A DNA stretch of 64,000 bases. Origin: Squalus acanthias. Taxonomy: Eukaryota. The DNA lies in NCBI GenBank assembly GCA_030390025.1, contig CM059432.1, positions 44,518,001 through 44,582,000 of the forward strand. Direction: 5' to 3'. The notes below the pieces were generated by a model that was given only the letters and a program-made list of their open reading frames with translations, searched no databases and was not told the origin of the DNA. The translations under genes and the position numbers were made by a program. Below, one piece after another: positions 37,818 through 50,191 of the stretch (positions within the stretch are counted from its first letter, which is position 1; each line of letters opens with the position of its first letter).

Positions 37818-40316
37818 ACAATGTGGAAAGAAAAGGTAAAAACTGAAGAAGTATCTACTGGAAAAAAAGATTTCAAAAGCAGGAATTGGGCTTGGAACCT
37901 GGGTCTGGATGTAATCTTGACCAAAGATAGATGTTTACAAGGAATATTTAGATTTAATAACTGAGTGTAGAACTGAGATGTGAATGTTGGGTGTTTGTGA
38001 AGACAGGAGACAATTAACAAGGAAAAAAGATTATCTCTCATCACCATACTAAATTATCATGACTGACTGTGTTGCTAAACTTCAAAGACTACTTTATCCA
38101 AAGCCATGCTGCTGCCAAGTCATATTCTATCAGTTCTTTCCTGTATTGCAACCCTAAACTTTCTACTGCTCATTCTTATGCAGTGCATTAAGATGTCTAG
38201 GGATAAAATTTCTACGGGGGTCATCAATCTCCTAATTAGCCATTTATGGCATTTCTCCAGGGTTTCTGCCAATCTTCCACCAAATGTACAGTGGGAGATA
38301 GGAGAACCCCCACCAAAATTACTGTCTAGTCTAGAAATGCCAAGAGAGCACACAAATGGCCTGCCCCCAGACTACAGCCTTAGGCCCAGTAGCAGGAGGA
38401 GCTTTGTATTGAGCAGGCAAGAGCAAGAGTCTGCCTTCTGATTTTTCCCTCCCCATTGCAAGGAAATTACTCAGCCTCAGGAACTGATGGAGGATCAAAC
38501 TCACATTTGTCTTACTTTGTGGCACTGACTGGAATGTAAATTTGGCTAAATCAAGAATTAGATTTCCAAGAACAATAAAAGAGGCCGTAGGCAGTATCTG
38601 GATAATGACAATATAGCTTAGATGCTCCTAAAACAGACAATGCACTCGATCCAAATTACTTCCATCCATAAGTTTAAAAGATGTGGGGATAGAAGTTTGG
38701 AAGTGGGATTAGTTTTTGATTTTTCTAGCAAAGAGCCAAAGAGCCAAATATTTCTTTCTGTGCTGTAAACTTCTATGGTTCTAATTTAGCAAAAGTTTAA
38801 TTGCCATTTTAAAAGTTGACTAGATTCAGGACATACCCTTGTGAATTGAAAAGTGGTTAATATATCTTCACATATTAAAATGTAGGGTGAGAACCATACT
38901 AGAAAACTTTAGGCCTCATAAAATAGGTTATGACAAGTCATAGATTCCCTATTCTTATGGAAGTCTGTGCTTCCCGATTGAAGTATTACTTTCTGAGTTA
39001 TGGCTTGTGCTGTAAAGTGTCCTCTTCTGGCTGGATAACTAGGGTCAGCAATGTATCACTTGCCTTTTTCAGTGCTTCTCATTGCACTAGTGTATCCCTT
39101 CCTGGAAGTGACTCATTGCTTAGATCTTGTATTTTTTTCCATCCAGACGAGTTTGGCAATCAGTTCTTTCTTGTGAATAGCATCTGTCCCCAATGTTGCG
39201 AGCATATGGACTGTTCTGAGTCATTCTCCTAAAGCTAAGAGCATCTTCACAATTCACCTATTCTGCACCACATATTATTGTCTCCATTGTCGAAATTCTT
39301 AAGACATCTGATCGTAAGCCTCAACTTCCAGTAAATATTTTATGCTTAGTAAATAATTTCCATGAGATAGATCCTTAGTCTAATAGAATGCATCATGTTC
39401 TCTCTAAAGGAAGGTAAGGAGACATATGACAATTTCAACGCTTTTCTTCTGCAGATACATTTGTACCTATCAAGCCTCTGACTTGACAGTTCTTTTATTT
39501 ATTATTTCCACCAGCCTGTCAGACCTTTAGAAGTTCTTCAACTTTCCATTGAGAAAAATTAAAAATTTAAATATTCTCACAGACCTTTTCTGGCCGCTAT
39601 ATAATCTAATCCTAACCTATGACAAATTCTCTAGTTCCTGTGAGGTTTCATCTCAACTGCACAGAATAAAGATACCATTGTTAACAGCAACCTGGAGTTC
39701 CTGAAGCTACTTTTCAATATGTCCATCTATCATCGGGTAAAGATCTTCAGCGTGAGGCGGGCATATTGGCCTTTTGATGATCTCAGTTCCTGCCAGCTCC
39801 TCCTGTTTTATTGTTGTGCTCTGCTCGGGTTTTCTTTAGCAGCATTCAGATTTCAACTTACATGATCCTTCAATTCAAAATGAAAGGGAATGTTGAACAA
39901 CTGAATAGTGAGAATGTGCCTCTGTGATTTCCCACACAATGAGATCCTGATCTTAGCCAGTCCAGACAAAGAAAAATTGTAGGCTGAATCAATTCACGAT
40001 TCCTGGTAGATAGCAAGAGAACAGAATGTATAGTCATCCTCTTGGTTGGAGAATGATTGTGTCATGTGCAACCAAAAAATCTGAGTTGAAAAAAAGTGGT
40101 CCCCCAATCTCTTGTTATTCTTTGCAGCAGAACAATTCATAACATTTGCGGTTGCAAATATTTGCGAGTGGTACTTTTTACATTTTAAATAGTCCTTTGC
40201 CATTGTATCATTATTTTCAATGATAAGCACTTCTAGAGGCCTCATTCCAAGATTTAAGTTTGTTATAACTCACCCAAATCACTCAGTGATTAGTCCTGAA
40301 TTTTGCATGTGCAACA

Positions 40317-40488
40317 GTGGGAACGGTAGCATAGTGGTTATGTTACTGGACTAGTAATCCAGAGGCCTGGACTAATAATCTGTTGGGACATGATCTCAAA
40401 TGACAGCTGGGGAATTTAAATTCAGTTAATTAAATAAATCTGGAATAAAAAGCCAGCAATGCCCAAATCCCATGAATGAATAAAAAAT
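40317..40488 (+). mobile_element. Internally deleted tRNA-derived SINE sharing its tail with the LINE at 17945-18870
   Basis: Box A-like ggtagcatagtggtta head; tail gccagcaatgcccaaatcccatgaatgaataaaaaa. Confidence 0.6.
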
Positions 40489-41539
40489 ACAGCACTCCCA
40501 TTGTATTTTGATAGTACAAATGTTCTTTCTGCACTGTCAACTATCATTCTGAATAAAATGTTGCAAAATTAAAATGTATCAAATCACCTCTCAACTGATA
40601 ATGGAACTCAAAGCCAATTCTGAGACTAAAGTAAGGAATTATTTCAGTTTAGTTTAATTTGCAGGATCTTTCAATTTGGCGCTACTTGGATATTTTGGAT
40701 TAAGGTTGGCCTGTCCAAAATGGTGCATAAATGTGCGGAGGGAAGAAATATATTTCTGTACATGTCTGTTTTTATACTGAGTGAGTGCATGTGATGAGTA
40801 CAATGCTATAATGACAAAGATGTAATTTTATTTATTTATCTATGATATAAAATTGCTGAGTGGGTTGCAACAATTCATCTCAAAATACTTTGAAAAGTCA
40901 GGCTTTGTCAATGGGAAAACCCATTTTGAAAGTATCAACACTTACCTGCAGTACCCATTACACCTATAGGTAGCACTGTGGTTGGCCTTTACAGTGTTAA
41001 AAGCCTGTCAGTTAATGTTAGTTGAGTGTTACCCTCCAGCTCCATTATAAATTAGTAGCCCGTTTTATATCTCTCACGATTTTCATTTCCATTGATTTCA
41101 ATGGGCTGCCAGTGCGCTATCCCCCAATTTGCACTATCGGCCAAGGTCAAAATTACCCCCCAAGAATCAGTTTGCCTTTATTACAGACTCCCTGGGCCAA
41201 AGGTAAGTATTTCCCAAAGTAAAGCATTTTTAAAGAAATGTAATTGTTTATAATTAATATTATTCTTCTCTTTCAATCAAACAACTGGACCAATGTGCAT
41301 AGTCATATGAAGAGGTCCACCATTCCAAAGTCAAATACTGACCAGTAATCGGTCCTGTCCCTAACCAATAGGCTGTCATTCCCGCTTAGCCAAAATTAGA
41401 GAGTGACAAGATCTTCCCCCTGCCCAACAGGAGTCCTATTCATTCTTGCTTTCATCCTCGCAACAAGAATTTGCATTTATATAGTATTTTTAATATAGAA
41501 AAACATCTCAAGGTGCATTCACAGTGCTGTAAACATAAA

Positions 41540-42170
41540 GGGGGAAAAATTCAGTTGCTTTGCACCTCCCGTTAGCGCCCTAAGCAACTAACGCCCAGGC
41601 ACGGCGCCGCCAACGCCTCCCGTGAAATTCAGTGGGAGGTTAGTGCCCCACGGCGCTGCAACGCCGGCGATGATGTCATCGCCGTGCGCAGCACCCCACT
41701 CGCGGCCACGATCTTCGGTAGCGCCCCCTGACTTACTGCCAGACGCTATGTCTGACGGGGTCAGGGGGGCCTACCTGCGGCCGGGGCGGCGCTTTTTAAA
41801 GGTGAGGTGCCGGGCGGCCATTTTTGTTGCTGGCCGCCTGCCAGCACCTGCCTCCGCTCCTGTCCCCGGCCTCCTGACCCACCCCCCCGCGGAGTGCTGG
41901 CTGCGCTCCATGAGCCCGGTACTTCTCTTGAGTGCTGGGCTCTTTTGCCGGCACTCCAGATCCCCGGGGGCCCAGCTGGGCCCCGGGTCGCGCTGCGCAA
42001 GGCCCCTCCCCTTTCAGAAGGGGAGGAAGGCCTGCAATACCGCGGCGCAACGTGCCGCAGCGCGTGGTGCTGCGGCACGTAGCGCCACGATATTCCCTCG
42101 CAGCGCTACCACTCAATTTCGGTCGTGGGGGCGCTAATTGTTCCGGGGCGCTAAAAGTAGCACGACTCAA
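41540..42170. mobile_element. GC-rich non-autonomous Harbinger (element D family), far end eroded
   Basis: Starts GGGGGAAAAATTCAGTTG..GCACCTCCCGTTAGCGCC like 63323 and like the reverse complement of the right end of D; many TAGCGC motifs. Confidence 0.75.
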
Positions 42171-43221
42171 TGTTTTAAGAAATTAATGTAGAACCAATGA
42201 AGGAGATATTAGGAGGGCGGCCAAAAGCTTGGCTAAAGAATGGGTTTTAAGGATGGTCTTAAAGGAGGAGAGGGAGGTAGAGCAGCTTAGGAGCTTAGAA
42301 AGGGAATTCTAGAGCATAGGGACTAATGCCTGAATGCACAGTTTAGTGGAGTGAAAGGAAATGGGATGCACAAGAGGCCAGATTTCAAGGAACAGGGATT
42401 CTGGGTGGTGTGGGGCGGGGGGGGGAGGTTGTCCTGCTGGAGGAAGTTGCAGAGTTAAAAATGGGCAAAGCCATGGATGGGATAGGTCAGCAAAGACAGG
42501 AGTGATGGGTGAGCAGGACTTACTATGGGATATGATACAGAGTTTTGGATGAGCTGAAATTTTCAGAGATTGGAGGATGGGAGGTTGGGCAGGAGAGCAT
42601 TGGAACAGTCAAGTCTGGAGGTAAGAAAGGGTTTCTGCAGCAGGTGCGCTGAGGTAAGGGCAGAGGGGAGCAATGTTATTGGAGGTGAAAATAATTGGCT
42701 TTGTGGTGGAGAGGATATGGGGTCAGACAGCAGCTTGGGGTCAAGTAGGACGCTGAGGTTGCGAACAGTCTGGTTCACCCTGCAACAGTGGCTGGGGAGA
42801 GGAAGGGATTCAGTAGCAAGGTTGTGTCGAGGGCCAAAGACAATGGTTTTGGTATTCCCAAAGATTAGCTGCTGGAAACTGGAGCTCACCCATGACTGGT
42901 TGGTGGATAAACAGTCTGACAACACTGAGGAAGTGGAGGGTCAAGAAAAGTGGTGGAAAGGTAGTGCTGGGTGACATCAGCATAGTTGACCCCATATTTC
43001 TCGATGAGGCTGCCAATTGGCAGCAATGTAGATGAAGAAATGGGGAGGAGGCAAGGATAGATCCTTAGGAGATTCCAGAGATACCAGTGCAAGAGGAAGG
43101 AGAAGCCATTGCTAGAGATGCTCTGCTTATGATTGAATAGGTAAGTGTGGAACCAAGCTGGGGCAGTCCCATTGAGCTGGACAGCGGAGGAGAGACATTG
43201 AAGTTAGGATGGTGTGGTCAC

Positions 43222-43986
43222 TGTAAGCTGCTATACACGCTGCTATACACGTAATAAAACCGCTGCTACCGTGTGGAGATCGAAATTGCGAACGAATTGT
43301 GAAATGATAACGGACGGATTCAAAATGGAGGTCAGTAAGGATTCAAAATGGAGGAGGCATATGGTCCTTTGTTTGGAAGACCACATGGACAGGAAGGGGA
43401 GGCACCAGATGAAGAGGAAGTCCCGCCTCCACACACATCACAGGAACATGGGCGTATCATACAGAAGGAGCACCAATCAGGGAAGGTTGGGAGTGAAACT
43501 GAAGATATACGGGGAACACGTGCGGAGGGCACTATAACAGAAAGACACAGGAGCGCGAAAATTCAAAAGGGAAAAAGGGGGCTGTTTGAAATGGCCAGTC
43601 GACTTTTGCAGCCTACCACTGACCACCCGAGGAGGGGTGTATGTATGTATGGAAGTCAGACATAGAGCACATAAATTGCTAAAGTAAACTGTGGCGCATA
43701 TGAATTGCTAAAGTAAACTATATTGCTGGGATACTTTTATGTACGTTTGACTAAACTGTGGAGCATATGAATTGCTGGGGACTATGTACGGACTTATTAA
43801 ACTGTGGGCATATACATTGCTGGGGGTATTTTTATGTACAGTTGAATTAATAAACTTCTATGTAAGCTTGAATTTTTAAACTGTAGTGTGAATAAAGACC
43901 ACTTTTATTGATCACACACTTATCTGTTATTGTTACGCTTATTTGTAATTTTTGAGGTCCGAACAGTAGTAGGAGAAAGTCCTACA
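43222..43986 (+). mobile_element. 765-bp solo LTR
   Basis: TGTAAG...CCTACA termini, 4-bp TSD TCAC, AATAAA near 43891, tandem taaactgtgg/aattgctg repeats at about 43670-43830. Confidence 0.82.
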
Positions 43987-46230
43987 TCACCGTGTCAAAG
44001 ATTGCAAAGAAATCAAGAAGGAAAATAATGCACTATGGTCACTGTCACAGAGGATGTAATTTGTGACTTTGGTTAAGGTCATTTCTGTACTGTGAGAGGG
44101 ACAGAAACCTTACGTGGAGATTCAAACAGGGAGTTGCGGGGAAAATGGGCACAGATTTGGAATGTGACCGTTCAAGGATTATAGATAGAAGGAGAGATTG
44201 TTTATGGAGCTATAGTTTGCAAGGACAGAGGGGTAAAGGGTGAGTTTTGTATGGAAAGGGTATGATGACAGCCATCTTGAAAAGGACGAGGCCAGTAGGT
44301 GTAGAGAGGGATTCAATTACAATATCAGCTAGCATGGGGGCCAGGAAGGGAAGTTGTATGGTTAGCAGTTTAGTGGGAAATGGGTCAAGGGAACAGGAGA
44401 TGGGTCTCATGGACAAGAAGAGCTCGGAGAAGGCATGAAGAGAAATGGGAAAGAAACTAGATAGAGACACAATTTCGGGGCTAAGGCAGAGGGGAGTTTT
44501 AGCTTAGTAGGCAAGGAAAAGAAGGGGAACAGCAGAGGTAGCTGAATGGATGGTCTCAATCTTAATGACAAAAAAGTCCATGAGCTCCTCACACTTGGTG
44601 GATTGTGAGGGTGGAGCGGCAGGGGAGAGGAGATGGTTTGTAGTGGAGAAAAGAAGCTGGACATTATCTTTACTCTCCAGTATGATCCTGGAGTAGCAGG
44701 TAGTTTTCGCAGAGGAGAGTGAGGACCAATAAAGCTAGTTGTGGCCCAGCCAGATCTGGTAATGAATGGCTAAACCTGTTATACACCAGATACAGTGTGT
44801 CCCTTGTTGTTGAGGCAGCGATATAGGGGCCATACTGGGGGGAACAGCAACGATGGGAGAGAGCAAATGTTTTACTGGGGAACAGGGCATGTAAGGTGGA
44901 GGTGAAGGAGTGGTTGAGCAAATTGACAGCTGCAGAAGTATCATGGCAACTGAAGAACCTAAGGGATTTTAAAGAAGAGGCAGTTGGGAGTTTGAAAGTA
45001 CAGTCGTAAGTGACTTCTTGGAGAATGTTCTCCATGGCTAGACAGAGAAGGCAGAGGAGTTGGAAAGAATAGAGGGATGTGTGTGGTGAGCGACACAAGG
45101 AAATGGTTGGAGATGGCCTTGTCAGTGATTGAGATCATGGGAGCAGATGCCACAGAAGATGACAAGGTTGAGCAGGTGGCCATAAATGTTTGTAAGAGGA
45201 TTTATATTAGAAGAGAGGCTTTGAGAGGACAGTATGGTAGTAAATTCGGAAGAGAGAGGGCAAAATGAGATGAGATGGAAGTGGAAATCACCGAGGACGA
45301 GGAGTCACTCATTGTCGAGAGTGAGGGAGGAAAGGAGGAAATCTATCTCAAGGAGAAACTTGGGGTGAAGCTTGGGAGGGCGGTAGACAATGAGGATTTT
45401 AAAGAAGAGGTGAAAGGGGTGGAAAAAGGTGAGGTGATTGAAGGAGGAGAAGCTACCAGTAGGGGGAGAGACCAAGGTGTGTCTTGTTGTAAAGAGCCAC
45501 ACCACCATCGTGGCAATTTGGAAAGTATAGCCAAATGGATAGGTTTCGGTAATGGGCAAGGTGTCACCACTCATGAGCCAAGTTAGGATGTCAATGCAAT
45601 CATACATAATAAGGTCATGAATGGCAAGGGCCTTGTCCATGAGTGAATTGATATTCTGGAGGGTAATGCCAGAGAGGGGCAATGATTGTGGATCCACTGT
45701 TTCCAGCCTTCAAATGGTGATGAAGCCTCACGCTCCCTCAACTCCTCCCACCACTCACTCCTTTGTGGGATGCACTCACCCAAACATTTCCCTTATCTCG
45801 AGAGATAAATTTGATGAAGGTCTCCTCCCCCCATCCACCCACCCTCCCCCACTCCCTCCCTCCACTCCCCCCTCTTCTCCCTTCACCCCTCTGTCTCCCC
45901 CACCCCCTCCCCATCCCCCATTCCACCCCACCCCACTCCCCGTCATTGAAATCAGTGCTACAAAGGAATGTAAAATAACACAGCACAGATGTTGAGAAGA
46001 ATTTTATGTGAATGGGTTTAACATTGCACAAATTAAACCCAAAATCTAAATAAACAAATTCTCATCTCTAATCTTGACCTCAATATGCCAGCAGGATGTT
46101 ATAACATATATTGCCTTTTATAGACGGATGTAACATTGAATAGATAGAAAAGTCTGCAGCAGAGCTTCACATTTTTAAGCAAATAATGGGGGAACTGTTA
46201 AAATCTGATCCAAAACTTCAAAACTCTTAC

Positions 46231-46255
46231 CATTTTTGTCTGCTCTCCGTAAAAT
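46231..46255 (-). CDS. NECAB1: NECAB1 coding exon 2, 25-nt micro-exon (ILRRADKN+G)
   Basis: Minus strand reads tttatttcag|ATTTTACGGAGAGCAGACAAAAATG|gtaagag: canonical AG/GT, start of EF-hand 1, phase 0 in and phase 1 out. Confidence 0.92.
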
Positions 46256-46849
46256 CTGAAATAAATCACACACAAAAAAAGTATCATCAGTGTCATGCCT
46301 AGAATAATCAGCCTTAGTGAAGCAACTCAATGTGAAAACGTTGCCAGCCTACCTTTTAGCAGTATTAATGAAATGAGACTCATAAAATTATTCATAGTTC
46401 TTGCAAGTGTGTCAGACAATTTCCCTAATATAGATAATATTTGAATATTTTAGCTTATTACACGTTAAACAACAAAGAATTGAGCTGGACAGGGATTCAA
46501 TTAAATTAGGAAATTTGACACTTGAATTACTTGGATTCATTCTGTATTACATTTTAAAATCATTTTACCTTTTTGGAATTAGTTGGTTCTCTGTAACCTT
46601 TGACAAAAAAATTAGCCAGCTGAGAAGACACATTTTAGGAAACTAAACTTTTAGAAACTGCTTCTTTTTCAATAAACTGACAACACTATTGCACACAAAT
46701 TACTTCACCTGGAATGAGAAATGAAAATACAGAAATCAGAGTGCTAGAAAATCTGATATAAAATGAATAGCGAGCACTTTATAGCCAGATACAGCAGTTT
46801 AAGCACACCTATACATGATTTTTTTTTTTAATGGTAGTTAATTTATGTT

Positions 46850-47225
46850 TTATATAACACCATTTGTGACCTCAGGACATCTAGCCAATTAAGTACTTTA
46901 GAAGTGTTGTCACTGTTGTGATGCAGGGAGATGGAACAGCCAATTTTCACAGAGAAACAGCTATGAGATAAATGACAGATCTGTTTTAGTGATATTGATT
47001 GAGGGATAAAACGTTTGGCAGGATATCGTAAGAACTCCCCCGCTCTTCTTCGAATAGTGCCATGAAAGGGCAGATGGGGTCTTGGTTTAATGTCTCACGC
47101 AAAAGTTGGCACCTCCAAGAGTGCAGCACTCTCAGTACTGCACTGAAGTATCAGCCTAGATTATTTGATCAAGTCCCATAACCTTCTCACTCAGACATGA
47201 GAGTGCTACCATTGAACCAAGATTG
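46850..47225 (-). mobile_element. Deu-domain SINE (SacSINE1/AmnSINE1-like); another fragment at about 16800-16880
   Basis: cttggtttaatgtctca..ggcacctcc..agtgcagcactc..cagtactgcactg matches the Deu-domain as I recall it. Confidence 0.65.
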
Positions 47226-47466
47226 ACATCTTAGCACATATCTTAAATGCAATCCTTCACTAGTACACGGGAAATTATCCATTATATCATTTTGCAGGAC
47301 AATAGTCTATCTAGCTAATATATGTATATATATATAAAATTGTTGGTTTGTAGTCTCTGAAAGTCAGCTGGGAAGAAATAAAATTTGCTCTCTGTTAAAC
47401 CAGTAGTCACATGTGATTGAATCAGACCCATTCTGGGTAAATGAGAATTGAATCAGTAGATGTTTA

Positions 47467-48110
47467 AGAACATAAGAACTTAAGAAATAGGAGCAGGAGT
47501 AGGCCAATCGGCCCTTCGAGCCTGCTCCGCCATTCAATAAGATCATGGCTGATCTGATCCTCACCTCAAATCTAAAGAACACAAGAAGTAGCAGCAGGAC
47601 CCGGCCACTCAGCCCCTGGGCCCGCAACGCCACCTACAGGGCCTCGACCGATCCGAACTCAGCCTCATGTCCAATTTCCTGCCCGCTCCCCGTAACCCCT
47701 AATTCCCTTTACTTCTAGGAAACTGTCTATTTCTGTTTTAAATTTATTTAATGATGTAGCTTCCACAGCTTCCTGGGGCAGCAAATTCCACAGACCTACT
47801 ACCCTCTGAGTGAAGAAGTTTCTCCTCATCTCAGTTTTGAAAGAGCAGCCCTTTATTCTAAGATTATGCCCCCTAGTTCTAGTTTCACCCATCCTTGGGA
47901 ACATCCTTACCGCATCCACCCGATCAAGCCCTTTCACAATCTTATATGTTTCAATAAGATCGCCTCTCACTCTTCTGAACTCCAATGAGTAGAGTCCCAA
48001 TCTACTCAACCTCTCCTCATATGTCAACCCCCTCATCCCGGGGACCAACTGAGTGAACCTTCTTTGCACTGCCTCGAGAGCAAGTATGTCTTTTCTTAAG
48101 TATGGACACC
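47467..48110 (-). mobile_element. CR1 3' end
   Basis: QRRFTQLVPGMRGLTYEERL..FFTQRVV with a TAAGAACA tail. Confidence 0.85.
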
Positions 48111-48685
48111 AAAAAAAGTTTCTGTTGGGTTCTTAAAAGAACTATGGATCAAGTACACTAAAAATACAAGTATTGCATGTCATCCACCAACATACACAAT
48201 GAAGAAGAGAGTTGTCTGCTGTTACATTGCTACCGCACATTAAATAATTCTTCGGTTTACACCATTTTTAAAGCACCACTGTCATCTAGTACTGCATATA
48301 AAACAAGATAGTGGACTTAGTGAGGTAACAAGACTCCAACAATTTCAGTAACTGAAAGCATTATTGTATTAGAAAGTATCCAGAGGTCCTTGAATAACCA
48401 GAAACAGTACATTCTAAAACTCCACTCAAAATGTCATATTTTGATTGCCAGAGTATGTTTGTAAAGGGGGCATTTTTGTAGCACTATAAACTTTAACATT
48501 TTTTTTATTTTTCTGGTATTAGTTTTCAATTCAGCTTTAGTGCATTGTAACAACAGCAGCTGCAATGATGTGATTACATATTGGGTTATTGACTGCTTCA
48601 CTAAACACTCTTTTAACAGGGAAGGTACATCTTTATTTAATTACTATACATGATAGAATCAGCAGAAATGTCATGTCACAATAAA

Positions 48686-48936
48686 TTATTCCAGAGTTTT
48701 TGCTTCCATTCCTCTAGCCGGAAGTTTATTCCACACATTGATCTCCCTTTGTGTGAAGAATAATTTACTGATTTCAATCCTAAAGTTACCTTTTACTAAT
48801 TTGAACCAGTGTCCCCTTGATCGACTCCTGCAGCTTAGGTTAATGTAATATTCCACTTGTTCTATATCCTTAACCATCTTATATATCTCTAAAAGATCAC
48901 CTCCCAGACATCTCCTCTCTAGGCTGAAAAGCTCAA
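48686..48936 (-). mobile_element. Old CR1 fragment; its continuation lies at about 58797-58890
   Basis: LFSLERRCLGGDLLEIYKMVK..FFTQREINVWNKLP. The upstream (..GLSYEER..) part reappears after the Harbinger stack. Confidence 0.7.
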
Positions 48937-49691
48937 GAGGCATAAATTCGTAATGGGCCAGAAACAGGGGAATATTGGCCGACGTGCTCTGAGGGCACAG
49001 CTCTTCATGTGGGCTTGGAATCCATGCTAAACTGGTCTCCATGCCTGCTTAGCATGAAATAAGTGAGCTACCAGCGCTCTTTATGGGCAGGGGACAGGAA
49101 ATTGGCTGTCACTGGTGTCAGTTAAAGACAGCACCTCTTAAAGGGGACGTGCACTGTGACTGCAATCAGTTCCATTCTGAACATCATTGAAACGCAGGCA
49201 AAAGGGCTCCCTACTTTTCAGATGCAGCTTTGGAGCTGCTAGTGGAGGATGTCGGCAGGAGGAGGGACCTCATCTTTCCACCCAGCAGTAAGAAGGTATC
49301 CTGGCTAGCTTTGGGGCAAGATTGGGCAGAGGTGGCAGGACAGGCCAGCATCGGAGCATTGCTCCAACGACCTGGCTGCAATGTATAAAAAAGTTCAATG
49401 ACCAGACAAGGGCTACTAAAGTAAGCATGCTTCCTTACTGTTAAGGCAATGACTTCCTGATTGAGGTTAAGACCAAGCAAATCAGGTGCTTTAACACACA
49501 AATTTAGCAAACGGGCCCTTATTCAGGTGCAGGACCCTTACTTTAATATTTAAACCAATGCTGTACTCTTGATGGCCGCCTAAAAAATCTCAGGACCAAT
49601 TTAACAGTGGCCCTGGTGCATGCGCAAATTCGATATTGTCGTGCCCGTTTCACGGCAGAAAATTTGGTTCAATGATGTGGAATTTAGACCT
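48937..49691. mobile_element. Non-autonomous Harbinger C retaining Myb exon 1
   Basis: TIRs AGGCATAAATTC and GAATTTAGACCT. RAPYFSDAALELLVEDV..TWLQCIKKFND on + at about 49200-49405. Confidence 0.75.
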
Positions 49692-50191
49692 CAAGGGGGA
49701 AAAATTTGGTATCGTCCAAATTGGGGCGCTAACATTGCCTGGGCGCTAACTTTAGTGCCCGCCACTAATTAGCGCCGGCGACCGTGAAATTCAGTTTTAG
49801 CGCCCCAAGAGGGAAGTGGAGCGCTAAATCAAGCGCTACACACTCCTCTTAGAGCGCTAATGTCGGGGAGCGGGGCGCTACCGCAGAGCGCTACTCAAGT
49901 TCCGGCGCTGTCAATTACAAGTACTCAGACAGACTGGCACCTTCCAGTTCTTAAAGGGGAGGTTCAATCATGCTGCACAGCCTCACTCTGATCATTGCTG
50001 ATTGTGACCTGGGCCTGCAAGGAGCTGCAAACCATCCTTGACAAATCTCATGGCTGATCAGAGGCCCAGGGAGAGAGCTCGCCGGTTCAGCGCCCAGGCT
50101 TTGGAGGCTCTGGTCGTGGCCGTGGAAATCCGATGGGCAGTGCTCTTCCCGGACACTGGCAGGAGGCCATTGCCGCAGGACTTCAGGAGGA

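Larger units (their letters stand above)
41461..45700 (-). mobile_element. Old L2 LINE spanning endonuclease to 3' tail, interrupted by a Harbinger derivative and a solo LTR
   Basis: LQNINSLMDKALAIHDLI (APE), SCSLDPFPTKLL, YADVTQHY, SRLDCSNALL; (CAA) tail at 41461. Confidence 0.82.

Noticed and set aside
41622..42186. GC-rich overlapping ORFs or a CpG-island promoter
   Set aside because: Explained by a GC-rich Harbinger derivative; the ORFs reflect stop-codon scarcity.
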